Shown here piece after piece: positions 1 through 12,777 of a stretch of 64,000 bases of DNA (positions within the stretch are counted from its first letter, which is position 1; every line of letters starts with the position of its first letter). The translations under genes were made by a program, and so were the position numbers. Source of the stretch: Parasitella parasitica NRRL 2501 (Eukaryota > Fungi > Mucoromycota); NCBI GenBank assembly GCA_025201805.1, contig MU619266.1, positions 210,381-274,380 of the forward strand. Direction: 5' to 3'. The notes beneath the pieces were generated by a model. That model was not told the origin of the DNA. It saw nothing but the letters and a program-made list of their open reading frames with translations, and did no database searches.

Positions 1-1891
1 GTACCTAGCCTAGCGATCTCACGCTCCGATTTTGAAAAATACTTTTCCGAAAAAAAGTCAAAAAAGTCGTTTACCTTCACTGGTGTCGACTTGAAAAGTA
101 TAAAAACTCTCTCTAAGCCATGTAAATATGTAATCAAAAGGTGCCTTATCGTCTAATGCATTACTTTGGATTACTTGTTTTTGTGTTTGAGATCGCTAAA
201 CATTGTTTTCTCACAGTTTTTGTCTTTTTCTGACAATAACACACTGCAGTTCGCGTAGGCCGCAAAGAAAAAAAAAAATCAGGCGCCTAGAACCTACGCT
301 GGCTTTGCAAAGATGCACACTTTTGAACCATTCCAATATTATGGAAAAGATGGCACAAATTTGACTAGCTGTTTTACCGTGCAACTGGATACAGAGAACC
401 CAGCTTGGTATTTGTCTTACAAGACCTTCTACACAAGAAGACGCCAGTCCAGCTGAAGGTATAAGAAAATATCAGAGAAAAAGAAACAATCTGCCATCAG
501 GATAGCACACCCATTCATACTTGCTCTCCGTATCTGAATCCAATTAAAGGTTTTTGATCCAAAGTCAACAGACACACTTACACCCAGAATTACAGATGTT
601 TGTCAATGGACCACCGCAAACTTCTTTAAAGACTATCTTGAGCTTAAAGATATGATATAGATAGCTTATTTCACAACATATTATCTTTGTATTTTCACTA
701 TGAATGAAACAAAGCAACTGCTCATTTTCTCTAAATATGGAAATCCCCACTTGAAATCTTTTTAGGGGGGACATTTCTCTTCTCTCAGAAACTTCTTGGC
801 TTTTATCAGAAATAAAAGGTTTGTTACCAGAAACCCTAATATATAATCACAATCACTATGATCTTTATCATTTACTTGAAATTTTTTTCCCAGAAACTGC
901 AAAATGACAGTACATGTAAACATGACGGTTTACCAAATGCGTTAAATCATCAATAATCTAACATTATTTTGTAGGAAATAGCCTTTTTTTTTTTTTTTTA
1001 CGCTAAATGATTGCTAAAAATCAAGGCTTACAACCAAGTGTTATCCTCATGATGGCACTGGAGAATGCATTGTTGAGAGAATACGACATTTTGTAATCAC
1101 CAAATGTGCTTGCTCTTCATAAATTTGATAAAAGTGGTGCTTTCTCCACTCGATTCAAGTGCTTAAAACCACAACAGATCAGAATTTCATCCTGGCAAAG
1201 GGTCTCGAAGTGTCTAAATATTCTGGTTTAGTTTTGTAAGAAAGCCTTGAAATGCCTTGATTGGGCGAGAATGTCAGTTGACTAGAAAGTGATCGAATTT
1301 GTGGAACAAAGGGAAATCTCTTGAAACGCATATTATATGGCATTTCCAGCATTTGGAGCTGGGGATTTCTATGAATCCTCAATTATATCATATAAGCTCA
1401 CCAAAATACCAAGTGTGAAAAGCTGAAAAAAAAAAAAAAGAAGAAGCAAACGTACGCAATTATAGAAAAGAGGGCATTATGACACACAAGGAAAAAACGT
1501 GTGTCAAAAGGTTATCCGATTCCGTCCGCATGAATCATCCACAAGGGTTTTGTGATGGTTACATTTGACGGGAAACCATCATTGGAGACTTTTGTTTAGA
1601 AGAAGTCAAAAAGACTTGTGTGTCTCTTGGAAATCTCCTGGCTTTCTAGGACAAGGCAGCAAAATCATTTCATTCAAATGTTGCAAGGATGTTAATCCTG
1701 GTAATCCAAATCGTGTAACAGGCTGCTGAATGGCCGACATCGAGGGTTTCACTTGCTTCAACGACATTGATTTTAATAAAAACCCAGCATCCTCCAATGT
1801 TGCAAAAATAGGTATCATGTATAAAAGAAAAAAAAAAAAAGTTTTCAATTAGAAAACAACTTGTTCTTTCCTTTTTTGAATCAATACTAAA

Positions 1892-2934
1892 ATGTTTAGA
1901 AAAGCTAAAAAATTGTCGAAAAGACTCGGCCTAAACAAAGACAGCTGCACCGCAGGAAGTGGATTTACAATGAACAACAACAAAGATGTGTCAAAAACCT
2001 ACGTCTCAGATGAAAATCCATCTGAAAAGCAACAAAGCCAACGCAAGCAACAGTCTCTTCCTTCTCCACAGTTTACATTGAACATTGATAGAGTCAGTAC
2101 TCGTGGAAGCGCCGCCAATAGTGATCTGGTGGATGATGATTCTACAAGCTCAAAGAGCACGGAAAGCGAGGAGCTCAAACTATCGCCGCAAGCAAGACCC
2201 ATCTTGGGTAAATGCCAAACTGCGCCGAATGCTCAAAGCCTATACGACACATCTCCCAATTCATTACAGCGCCAACTTAGTATGATGGATACCGGTAATC
2301 TAGATCTTTTATTATCTATGGAAACCCAGGCGAGATTAGAAGACCAAGCAAAAAGAGAAAAAGAACAGCAGCAGCAGCAATTGCTGGAACATGATAATAT
2401 GTTGGCTCCTCGTCCTACTCGGATCAAATTCGAGCTTCCTGTGACACCACCACGTTCTAGATCTCCAGCAAGGTTAACATATCCAAGAGCTAGGCCCGTC
2501 CGATCTTTACCTGATGAGGGGTTAACTGCAAATACTATGCGACATTCTTTCCCGTCGAGCAATCCCAAGACTCGAAGGGCAGGCTGGAGACATTTATTCA
2601 GCGACCGGGAGGAAGAAGAAGCGAAGCCAGCACCCATACCCATCACAATCGGCACGAGAGTTCGACTAAAGATGAGGCCATTGCCCACTTTTGGCTTTGT
2701 TCGATATATCGGCGCCGTTGGTTTTGGAAGAGGTGAATATATTGGCATTGAACTCGATCATGGAGGTAAAATTGCACCTTATTTCAATTTATGCTTATCG
2801 TGGCTAATATAGAATTTGTGTACTATGTAGTCGGTAACTCTGATGGTAGCGTCGATGGAACCCGATATTTTGAAACAGATCCTCATCGTGGTACATTTGC
2901 CAAACGACATGAACTAGACGCTGTGGCAGAATAA
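1892..2934 (+). CDS. CAP-Gly domain protein with long low-complexity N-terminus (2 exons; intron 2766-2830)
   Basis: ORF ends GTRVRLK..FGFVRYIGAVGFGRGEYIGIELD. Splicing to 2831 adds VGNSDGSVDGTRYF, the CAP-Gly GKNDG-type motif. Stop TAA at 2932-2934. Confidence 0.85.
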
Positions 2935-3103
2935 TTTGGTGTTGATTATACTGTATATACCCTCATCACTTTTTTTTTTATCATCTTTATAATAAAGAAA
3001 AAAAAAAGTATAGAATCCCATTTAATTACTAATGAACTTTTTCGAAAATTTACATATTTCAACCGTTAGATATTTTACACTAAAACTATCATTATGAAAT
3101 GTT

Positions 3104-3682
3104 TTACAGCATATTATGTTCGCCTTTGGAATGGGAAGGAGTGTCAGAGTCTTCTGCTGATGAAGACGATGTGAGCTGTGACGATGAGGAAGGTGAAGCA
3201 GGCGTTGGTAATCCTAATTGTTGGCGAAGTTGCTCGTTTTCCTGCTTCATCGTTTGGATGTAGTCAATAGCATATCGTAGCACTTTGGCACGATGGCATT
3301 TTTCACCTCCGCTCTTCTCTTTGGAGCTTCTTGGCACCAGATCAGATAGTTCATTTACAAGCGTATTCTATTAAATTTACATTAAAACCGCATACGCTAC
3401 TACACAGGCATGTTCAAAATATCTTACCAAATTATCTCTTCGTCTTCTTTCAACTCGGTTATGAGTCTCTCGTCTTTGTTTTATACGACTCATGGCTGTG
3501 TCGCTATCAATACTAATTTTGTTTAGGATATTCACACCATGAACAACTAGTTTAGTAGGATGTTTCTCTAATTGGCTCAGTTTGCGCGCCATGGTATCTG
3601 GATTGTATATTTTAATGCGTTCCTGTAGCGGATAAGTCGCTCTGCGCTCTGAGATGGTCATTTTTGGTGGTTCGATAGCCAT
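3104..3682 (-). CDS. bHLH-leucine zipper transcription factor (2 exons)
   Basis: Basic region RRETHNRVERRRRDNL, then an intron, then NTLVNELSDLVP-loop-RAKVLRYAIDYIQTMKQENEQLRQQL. Confidence 0.88.
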
Positions 3683-4779
3683 GTTGATCGAGATAAAAAT
3701 CAAAGGTAGAAAATAAAATAGTAGAAAAAGGAGAAAATGAATGTAATGATGAAGATCCTTATTTATAACAAAAGTGTCAGCGCTCTGAGTCTACCGTGGC
3801 AGAAAAGAATGAGGGGAACATGTAAGCAAAATTGCCTCACAATTGCCTCATTAGGAGCCCCACTGTTTTGAGCCCTTTTTCCACTCCTAGAGCAAGCAAA
3901 TGGCAAAATGAGCTTTTAAATCTTTTGACTGGTCACCATCTTTTTTGTATATAGGATACTGTATCTTTAAATCTCTTTGACTATAAATCGTAACAGTTTG
4001 CTGCTAATTGACTCAAAGAACAAGGTTTATGAACGTCATGAGATATGTTTATTGTCTCTAAATAACTCACTGTAACATATTCGATTAGTCCTTATTTGAG
4101 TATTGTATTCGTTGACCAAAAGTATCTCTCCGCTTCTACATTTCATCTGGGAAATATCAGAATTCTATTATATTCGCATCATAAAAATACCGTTCTTGAC
4201 TTTAATGTCTTTACTTGTTGGAACAAAGCGTTCATCCTACCGTATAATATCCAGCGCTGCCCCCCCCCCCTTTTTTTTTTTTACGTACATGCTTGTTTAT
4301 TTTGTTGAATTGTTATGCATGCTGCCAATCATTCTCATTTAATTGTGCAAAGCATGCCAAGTATTATAGTTTTCGAAAAAAAAAAAAAAAAAAAAGGTAT
4401 ATAAAACCTTGTCTAGGTTTTTACGTCAATCGAATTTCACAAGAATTTACCTACTATCAGTGATAGATACTGCTATTTCCAGACCACATTCAAAAAACAG
4501 AGCTGTAGGCCCAGAAAGTATCATTCAATATCCTAAACGTGTAAAAAGCACATGGTGTCTATATGGTACTACTTAGTTTGGTGGATAAGGAATGGATTTT
4601 GTAAGAGCCATTTTCTATAAATTTTTGTAAACGATTTTCGATCTACCGTAAATCGATCACCATAGAGCAGCATTTCAATGTATACAAATCGAGACCTTTT
4701 TGAAACATTTATGAGTGCGATATTACAGATGATAGAGGAGTAGATGCTTTTATTTACAATGCGCTGATATTTTTCATAA

Positions 4780-5680
4780 TCGTGTTTCTTTCAAGTGAAA
4801 TTCATTCATCACAGCTATCAAATCCTCAGTCGGTATGGAATTTACTGTTGCGATGCTCTATAAAGCCAGCTCATTCAGTTGATAATCATGATAGTTGCAA
4901 GTATGTAGATTACCTTTGTAAACTGATCAATAGACAAATCTATTTTCATCGCTTTGTCTTGTTTCTCTCTAATCCTCTTTCTGATTTCATTCATCAGTTT
5001 ATAATTTTCTTCTGTAATCTAGATGCTATCATGTCAATGTTTCGCTGGTTGTACCCATGTGTTTACTCACATCATCCAGCATCTTTTGCAAACGTATCAA
5101 TTCATTCTTCTGTGCTTTGTACACAGTGCCTATTGACACTTGACTTGGTGTCAGTAGTAAATGTGTGCTCACTCGTTCTCTTTTTTCAGCGTCTGCTAGC
5201 ATTCGATCCAACTTATTTTGTTTTTCGACTAGATTTGTCTCTTCAACGATTTGGCGTACGCCTTTCTATGAGAATTTGTTACGATTTGGACGTTCTTTGT
5301 GTCAAAAGTACCTTCAGATTGTGATCCATGTATGCTTCGCCCTGCACATAACATTCGTCAATAGCTTCCGTACTTTCTGGCATAACCGCCACAAACATTT
5401 TCTTCATATCAGGCAGACTATTGTTATCCAAGCAAAGATTAGGGGCTTTGATTTCACACCCAAGTAATGCTCTGTACATACATTGCTGCTCTTACACTCC
5501 CACTTACATATTTACGCAGTAGAATCTTGAGTTTGTCTGCTGATTCTCCAGCTATGAGAGTTTCATGATCTTCTTCATTACTCATACGTGCGACTGACCG
5601 TTTCAATGATAACAAAGAAACCCAAGAAAGGGAGTGCATAGTGACGTGAAGGTCCATTGCGGTTGATATATCATCCACCC
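4780..5680 (-). pseudogene. Degraded coiled-coil protein gene remnant, unidentified
   Basis: Three short minus-strand ORFs (5454-5678, 5279-5479, 5029-5211) with protein-like helical composition, broken by stops and frameshifts. No consistent splice path found. Confidence 0.3.
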
Positions 5681-5837
5681 CTCATTCTCTTTGCAAGTGA
5701 CATCACCCTATATGTATTTTGAGAAATCCCCAGCTTTTCTTGTTTTGTTTCTTCAACCTTTCAAAAAGGTAATTGTAATTTGTTCTTGATTCGATCGATT
5801 AAATTCACATATACTTTGATAGTCCTTATATTAAATC

Positions 5838-6546
5838 ATGTCTTGGAACTCTAAAACTTGGTCTTGGGTCAAGAAATACTTTTCTGTCGTAAGAAAATTA
5901 CAATGTTACGAAATGCTAAATACACATCATTGACTTTTTTTTTTTTTTCCCAATAGAACCCTTTATCAACTGATGGTATGCCTGTTGTAGGGAAATTCCG
6001 TACACCTGCCCCAGCGTAAGGCATTTACTCATTGAATGTATCATAAAGTGCTAATTTGATCTGCTGCAGCTCTCGCCCTGAAAAGTACACCTATCCTAAG
6101 TCATCTGCTTCCAAGATTCACGACAATTACTACTTCAATCGTGACACTCGCAGAAACTTCCCTAGACTTGCTGTATACACTCAACAAGATGTTGCTCTTC
6201 TTCTTGATGGTGCTGCCGTTAAACCAAGGTTCGATCTCATTTCCTCCCTTAATGCTTGTATACGATATTAACCCTTCATTAGCCTCTCTGCCAAAGATGC
6301 TTCTGAACAAGTTGTTGCACAGAATGCCGAAACCAAGCCTCTCGCTGACATCCTGAACTCTCAGAAGCTTTATTCCAAAGACAAGTTTGCTCCTGCCCCT
6401 AGATTTGGCCGCCAAGTCAACTGGAAGATCTCTGATGATTTCATCCCTCCTAATGACGGTAAGAGTTGATGGATAATTTGATGAGATGGATATACTAATA
6501 TTTTTATACAGGCTCATACTTCCCTATGATAGTCATTACCGACTAA
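5838..6546 (+). CDS. NADH:ubiquinone oxidoreductase accessory subunit (fungal 21.3 kDa NUZM / NDUFA7-like), 5 exons
   Basis: Spliced product MSWNSKTWSWVKKYFSVNPLSTDGMPVVGKFRTPAPASRPEKY...NYYFNRDTRRNFPRL...GSYFPMIVITD*. The YY.RD.RR.P motif is typical of the family. All introns are GT-AG. Confidence 0.8.
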
Positions 6547-7157
6547 ATTATTATACAACTATACACTGATACATCTACATATATAAAAAAAAAGAGGAAA
6601 TAAATCCGATACTATCGACAAAAAATAACATTCACAACAGCCTGCAATTGATTGATGGGCGTTGGTAAGTGTAAGAATCAAAGATTGGGAGGGAATTATA
6701 ATCGATATCTTTGTACTATCAAAGTGATATTCTCGATGATTTTGTATTTACGGTGGGAAACGACTTTTCTTTTTTCTTTTTGAGAATCCACTCTTGGGAT
6801 ATTTATACGGTATATTTCGTTCTTGACATGATATACATTAAATGATGCCTGGATAGATTTTGGATCATCCTTGGTTAAGGATGAAGAGGGGAAAATGTCA
6901 AGTACGAAATAACAATTGGAAGTCTACGCCATTGAGATTTAGTTTAATCAATTAATTCAGTAATCAACATCTTAAATACTTCCATTATGCACATTAAACA
7001 TTCATCTGTTTGATGAATGACGGCCTTTTACAAAAGCAGAAATTTTTGAGAGAGGGGGGCAAAAAAAAAAAAATCATCACCCACCCGAATTTTAACGAAA
7101 GAGGGGCAAAGAATTATAAATCAACTTTTTTCTTCTACGCATTTCTTATAAATTGTC

Positions 7158-8360
7158 ATGAGCGAAACAATCGCTGCATCGAGCAGAGGCAAATCTGAAG
7201 CCAATTACGTAGAGAGACAAGCGCAAATGTCAGCAGCAACAAGCTCAATCACTGGATCATCCTCGTTTGAAAAGATCGTTTCGGCCTGCACGGGTGCTGT
7301 TATAACAATGTCATTTAGTAAGTAGTCCAAAGCTGAATGTCTATAGAAAGCATTCATTGATATCTGGGTTTAGTGAATCCACTGGACGTTGTAAAAACTC
7401 GTCTTCAAGAGACGTCGAAAAGTGGAACCAGACAGTATACCGGAACAATTGTTAGTATTACAAAATGAGTCATATTTATACATCAACACTAAAAGAGGTG
7501 AAACAGGATGCACTTTCAAAGATATTCAGAAACGAAGGAACTTTTGCTTTATGGAGAGGATTGACGCCTGGTTTAGCAATGGCATTACCATCGACAGCCA
7601 TCTACTTTGTGGGGTACGATTACATACGAGATCACACTAGAAATTCGCAATTTGCCAATACTGCGCTAGACAATTACTCGCCGTTGTGGGCAGGTGGACT
7701 AGCTAGAAGTGAGTATTTGAGTTGATTGAATGCTATGCAGGTTTACTGATGCTATTTATGCTATAGCTATGGCAGCTTTAGTAGTATCACCACTCGAACT
7801 CTTTCGAACTCGCATGCAGTCAGCCGAGGGTATAAATGGGTTTTCAGGTAATTTGTGTATGATCCTTTGATACACTCAATCGCTGATCGTGTCAACATCA
7901 TACAGACGTTTGGAGGGGAGTGACAAGAATGGTTCAGAGGGAAGGGCCGCAGGCCCTGTGGCGAGGACTTTTGCCTACAATGTTGAGAGATGTGCCGTTT
8001 TCAGCAATTTACTGGATGGGATATGAAAAGATTAAACACAGATTGCAAACGCACCATGGATTATCACACTTTCAGACATCGTTTATTGCAGGTGCATCAT
8101 CAGGCATGTTTGCAGCTGTTTTGACGACGCCATTTGACGTTGTCAAGACACAACGACAAGTCAGCTCAGATGCAGAAGAAGCAAGACTGGGGCGTATTTT
8201 AAGAAATATACTACAGAAGGATGGCACATCTGGGTATTTTAGAGGCGTTGTGCCTCGAGTTGCAAAAGTCGCACCAGCATGTGCAATCATGATATCCAGC
8301 TACGAAATGGGGAAGCATTTCTTTGCTAATCGTAAATCACAACAACGCACGCTTGCGTAA
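7158..8360 (+). CDS. MTM1: Mitochondrial carrier, MTM1/SLC25A39-40 family
   Basis: Three carrier signatures (PLDVVKTR, PLELFRTR, PFDVVKTQ), plus LWRGL.PT.LRDVPFSAIYW and APACAIMISSYE. Confidence 0.9.
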
Positions 8361-8447
8361 AATTGTATATATATATAGAGAATTATCCTTATTTCCTTTT
8401 GTTTATTCGTAAATTTATAAATAGATGTAATCTTCGACTTATGACTT

Positions 8448-9195
8448 TTAGCTTTTGTTCTTTTTCTTCGATCCTACATACACAGATGTTTATTAGCTGA
8501 AAATCACATTTACAAACATGAGGAAACTCACTTGAATGATTGCTGAATGCATCTTTTCTCTTGGTGTTTCCTTCATCTTTTTCGTCCTCATCCGATGAAA
8601 TAGACACAACTTCTTCTAATTTTCTCTTTTTCTCTTGGGTTGCTTTGTCGCTTTCAGCTTTTCCTTCATTGATGGCACTCTTAATGAATCTAGCAGCTGC
8701 ATCTTTATCCACTCGCATTGTTGCTATATGATAAAATACATGTCAATCTCAGCATTCAGGCATAGGATTTATATGGTCTTACGTTTAGCTTCTTTTCCTT
8801 GGGCCTTTTTCAGTTTTTGAATATATTGTTGAACACGGATCTGAATGCATGCATCTTGGTTGGTGGGCTCAACTTTCAATGTGTCTATAGACTTACCAAT
8901 TCACTCATCACTTCATGTTTCTGAGGATCTGAACCCTGTGTCTTTAGATAAACTATATACACTGTTAAAAAATGAATCATTAGGCTATGAAAAGGTGCTG
9001 CTTACTGTAATATAGAGTATTCAAACTATACGATAGTAGCACTTCTAGTTCGTAACGCTGATTAACGGGCAATTTACTATATACATCACTAATGGGCCTA
9101 GATAGCATGGGTTCTAGATGCTTCTTTACAACCTGAAGACGTGCTTTCAAGGCACGCACAGCCTTCTTGGGGATGTCTATCGAGGGTGCTTCCAT
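8448..9195 (-). CDS. LRP1: Exosome cofactor C1D/Rrp47 (Sas10/Utp3/C1D family), multi-exon
   Basis: LEVLLSYSLNTLYY, HEVMSEL, and MRVDKDAAARFIKSA followed by a basic C-terminal tail. Confidence 0.8.
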
Positions 9196-10082
9196 GTTTA
9201 ACTAGTCGAGAACTTGGTAATGCAATACAGAATCAAAATATTTTTTCCATCTTTGATAGAGGCAAAGGAGTCACAGTAGATCCATTAGTTGAATCAAAGA
9301 AGCACAAAAGTAAACACCAATGGAGCTGCTTGGTCAGACACATGATAAAAGAATTCCTCCAACATCTCTGTTAATTTCCTGTACCTTCTACTGACTTGCG
9401 GCTATAGTTATTTGAATGAGGTCTGTCTAGACATAGAGTCGAAAATGCAAGAGTGAAAAGAGATTCATTTTTCTTTCGCATCATGCAACTCAATCAAAAC
9501 AGTTTTGTTTTTGTTTTTTCTTTTGGACTCTCGATCAAGTGTTTTAGAAAATATCGATAAAAAGTGCAGGCCTGTCGCTAACGTTAAACTCACAGAGATT
9601 GCTGGAGGTTGTGTCACTCTTTGGTACTGTTAGTCCCTCCTCTAGAATCGTTCGAGTGAACCGCTGAATTTGATCCTGTGTGTACTTTTTATACATCACA
9701 AGTAACTTTCTAGATTATCTCCTCCACTTCAGATGACTGAAGCTTAGCAATGGGATTTTAGTCTATGCTGTCCAACATCTGGATTTCTCCATACTGAATA
9801 CGCTTTTGAAATCCTTTCCATCAAAGTTTTCATCATCTTCTAAAAAAAATAAAAATAAAAGGCTTCTCAAATGTGTTGCAGTGAGTAAAATACATTGCAC
9901 GAAAAAACGAATTTATCCTTATTAAAATGTATGAAAATTCCATTTGCAATGGATTGTTTGAAACAGGTGTATGTAGATTCAAGAAGGGCAATCAGAATAC
10001 TATATAAATACAGCGCAGTTTCTATTGAACGATTTGCACGCTTTTCTTCCCTGTACACACAACTCTTGAGAGCTATTCAAAC

Positions 10083-11863
10083 ATGGATCGAACCGACAAT
10101 GATTCAAAATGGGAATTTGATATGCCTCAATTCTGGGATTTTACAGACTCCATTCCTCAAAAGAGGCCAGATGAACGATGGTTTTGTATGTATGATCTGT
10201 TTTGATTGAATCTACTGCTTCTAAAGCTTTCAATACAGGCCAAGCAAACATCTCAGGTCCCTCCTTTCCTGAACGTAAAAAGAGAAGAGCCCTTCGAGTT
10301 CATAAAAAGCCTGCTGCTGAGTCGCAGATGGCAGCTGAAAAACCCCCTGTGTCTGAAAAGCCAACGAGCAATGTATTCGACCGATTGTCAAGACTGAGCA
10401 CAATATCATTTGCTAACAAGACACAACACAGCTCTAATGAAAAAGAAAAAAGACCGTTAAAGCAGCACGTCTTTCCACCAAAATCGCAACAACACACTGC
10501 TTATGTATCGACGCAAGAACACGAACAATACCAATTAGATGAGGATATGCTCAAAGAATCCGTTGCTGAAAGAATTTCTCGCATTGAAAAGGATATATTC
10601 TCAAAGAAAGACATTCCGCTCAAAAGAAAGATCAGCAGCTCTGCGCCACTTCAGCAAAAGAAAATGCAAAAAACCATTAGCGTCCAGCATGGTACAGAAC
10701 ACACATATCTCCATCGTCCGCCATCGCCAACTGGAGAATCAAGCTCTATCTCTGCAAAACTACATTCAGGATACCCTTCTACAGAAGAAAGACCTTCTCA
10801 ACCCATAAAGGAACAGCCATCATTGCCTGTATCAAATCGCATATCATTACTAAACGAACTGCAGAATTCACGCTGGCCATCACCAACCCAGTCTAAACAG
10901 GCACTTGAATCACCAGCAGCAGAAGAGCGAGAAGATGAAATACCTTACCAAATTCCATTAGATCTCATACCAGTTGTATCTACACGCAGATCATTATATG
11001 CCGAATTGGAAGATTCTCAGCGACAGTCGCCTAGTTATCAATCCAAAGAAATGCACTTGTCACCCTATCACCATCCTCAACCTCCACCTGTGTCCTCTAT
11101 CGCTGAGGCTCAAGAAAATAAGGAAAATGAGGATACATCTACACATGATTTCTTCAACGACCTGTTGAAGTCCAAGCAGCAAAGAAATGATCTACAAAAA
11201 GAAACTACTAGCAACTTCTTTACCGATCTTTTGACATCTAACAAACAACGTTACCAAAATCGTCCTCTTCGCTCCTCTGTAAATGAAAATCGAGATAAAA
11301 AGGAGGCTACTCATGAAGAGGAAAAGGAAGCTACTACCCAGGATTTCTTTGACAATCTTTTGGTATCCACCAAACAGAGAAACAACAATCGTGCTCCACT
11401 ATCCCCAATAAATGACGAGCAAACTACTACGAATAACTTGTTAAGCAATTCCCAGGAGACCAACCAAGAAGGAAATGAAAGCCATCGTTATGAATCCTCT
11501 CTTATTCCAGATGAAATCCAACAACAAAATGCAGAGAGGCAAGCTGTGCCATCCCGCCTTACTCAAGTTGATAGTCAAGCCAATCCAGCACGGCCAACTC
11601 AAACTCATAGAGAAACACTACTAGCAATTCCACCTGGTGGTATCCCGTCTACTTCAATTCAAGTTTATAGAGATGAGCCAGCAACAATGCAAATTAGAAA
11701 AAATTATTACAGTTTAGATGACCCGCACTTGGTTGATGAAACGGTTCAAAGAGCTAGAAAGTTGCTCAAAGCCTCGAGAGAGCGAACTCAAAAATGGTTG
11801 AAGGAATTGTCTGTGAACCAACCTTTGAGAGCGTCCCAAAACATCGAAAAATTGAAAAAATAA
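10083..11863 (+). CDS. Disordered protein with N-terminal TPX2-like (Aurora-binding type) motif; intron 10186-10238
   Basis: Exon 1 MDRTDNDSKWEFDMPQFWDFTDSIPQKRPDERWF splices (GTATGT..ACAG) in frame into the 553-aa ORF. The ORF has a KEN motif and is rich in S/P/Q/E. Confidence 0.7.
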
Positions 11864-12777
11864 ACAAATTACATAGGTTTTTTTTCTTTTTTTCTTTTTT
11901 TCTTTTTCCAAAGGTATGTTTGCGCAAAGTGGTTGGTTTCGGCGAACAAAGACTTTGATTTTTTGACAAAACGCATTCCGTATAACGCTGTGTTGCATTA
12001 ATTGATCCCCTTTGATTGAAGAAGCAGAAAAACATCGGTTTAAGGTCCGACAGACGATATGAACGAAAAATGGGGGGGGGGGTTTTAGGTCATTTCGTTA
12101 GATTATTGTAAAATACACCATCTAAACATGCTTTGAACATTAGTTAAACTTTATAGAGCGAGCGATTCTGAATCCAAAAGTATATCGCACTATGTATATA
12201 GGCACTAAAAATTTGATTTAATTCACGAAATTCCAAAAATCAAATATTTGATTGAAAGTCAATTCTATACATCAACAAAAGCTCATCTAATTACCTAATG
12301 TGATTTTTTAGACATTTCTGATTACTTTTCACCACTATATATCATAACAAAAATCTTTGTTTCCAAGCTCAAATAATCGAATATCGAAAAATCGACAAAT
12401 TTTCCTACTACCCTCTCGTGAAAAAAAAAAAGAGCAGTTGCAGAAACCAAGTACGGGGTTATGAGAAATGTCTCTACATGGTCCTGCGCTCACAAAATGC
12501 TAAAAAAAACCTTGTGAATAGTCCTCTTGGAAACACAGATTTTAGTGCCAACTTTTAGTTTCAAAGAATACTTTAGCATCTAATTGCTAAAAGGTATTGG
12601 TTGTGGTTGAATACTACTCCCGTAGCATAGTAGTACTCTATCCTGTATGGGCAAATCAATGCAAGAAGAGGTTAAACAAGATGACCGCTTTTCATTATCA
12701 CTAACGCCACTCAAAATTTGATTGAAAAATTAGAAATCTCCAAAACACATTCTCGCTACACTCAATACATCACAAAG

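Noticed and set aside
11-199. 11-bp inverted repeat TAGCGATCTCA as MITE ends
   Set aside because: At the window edge, with no TSD or second copy.
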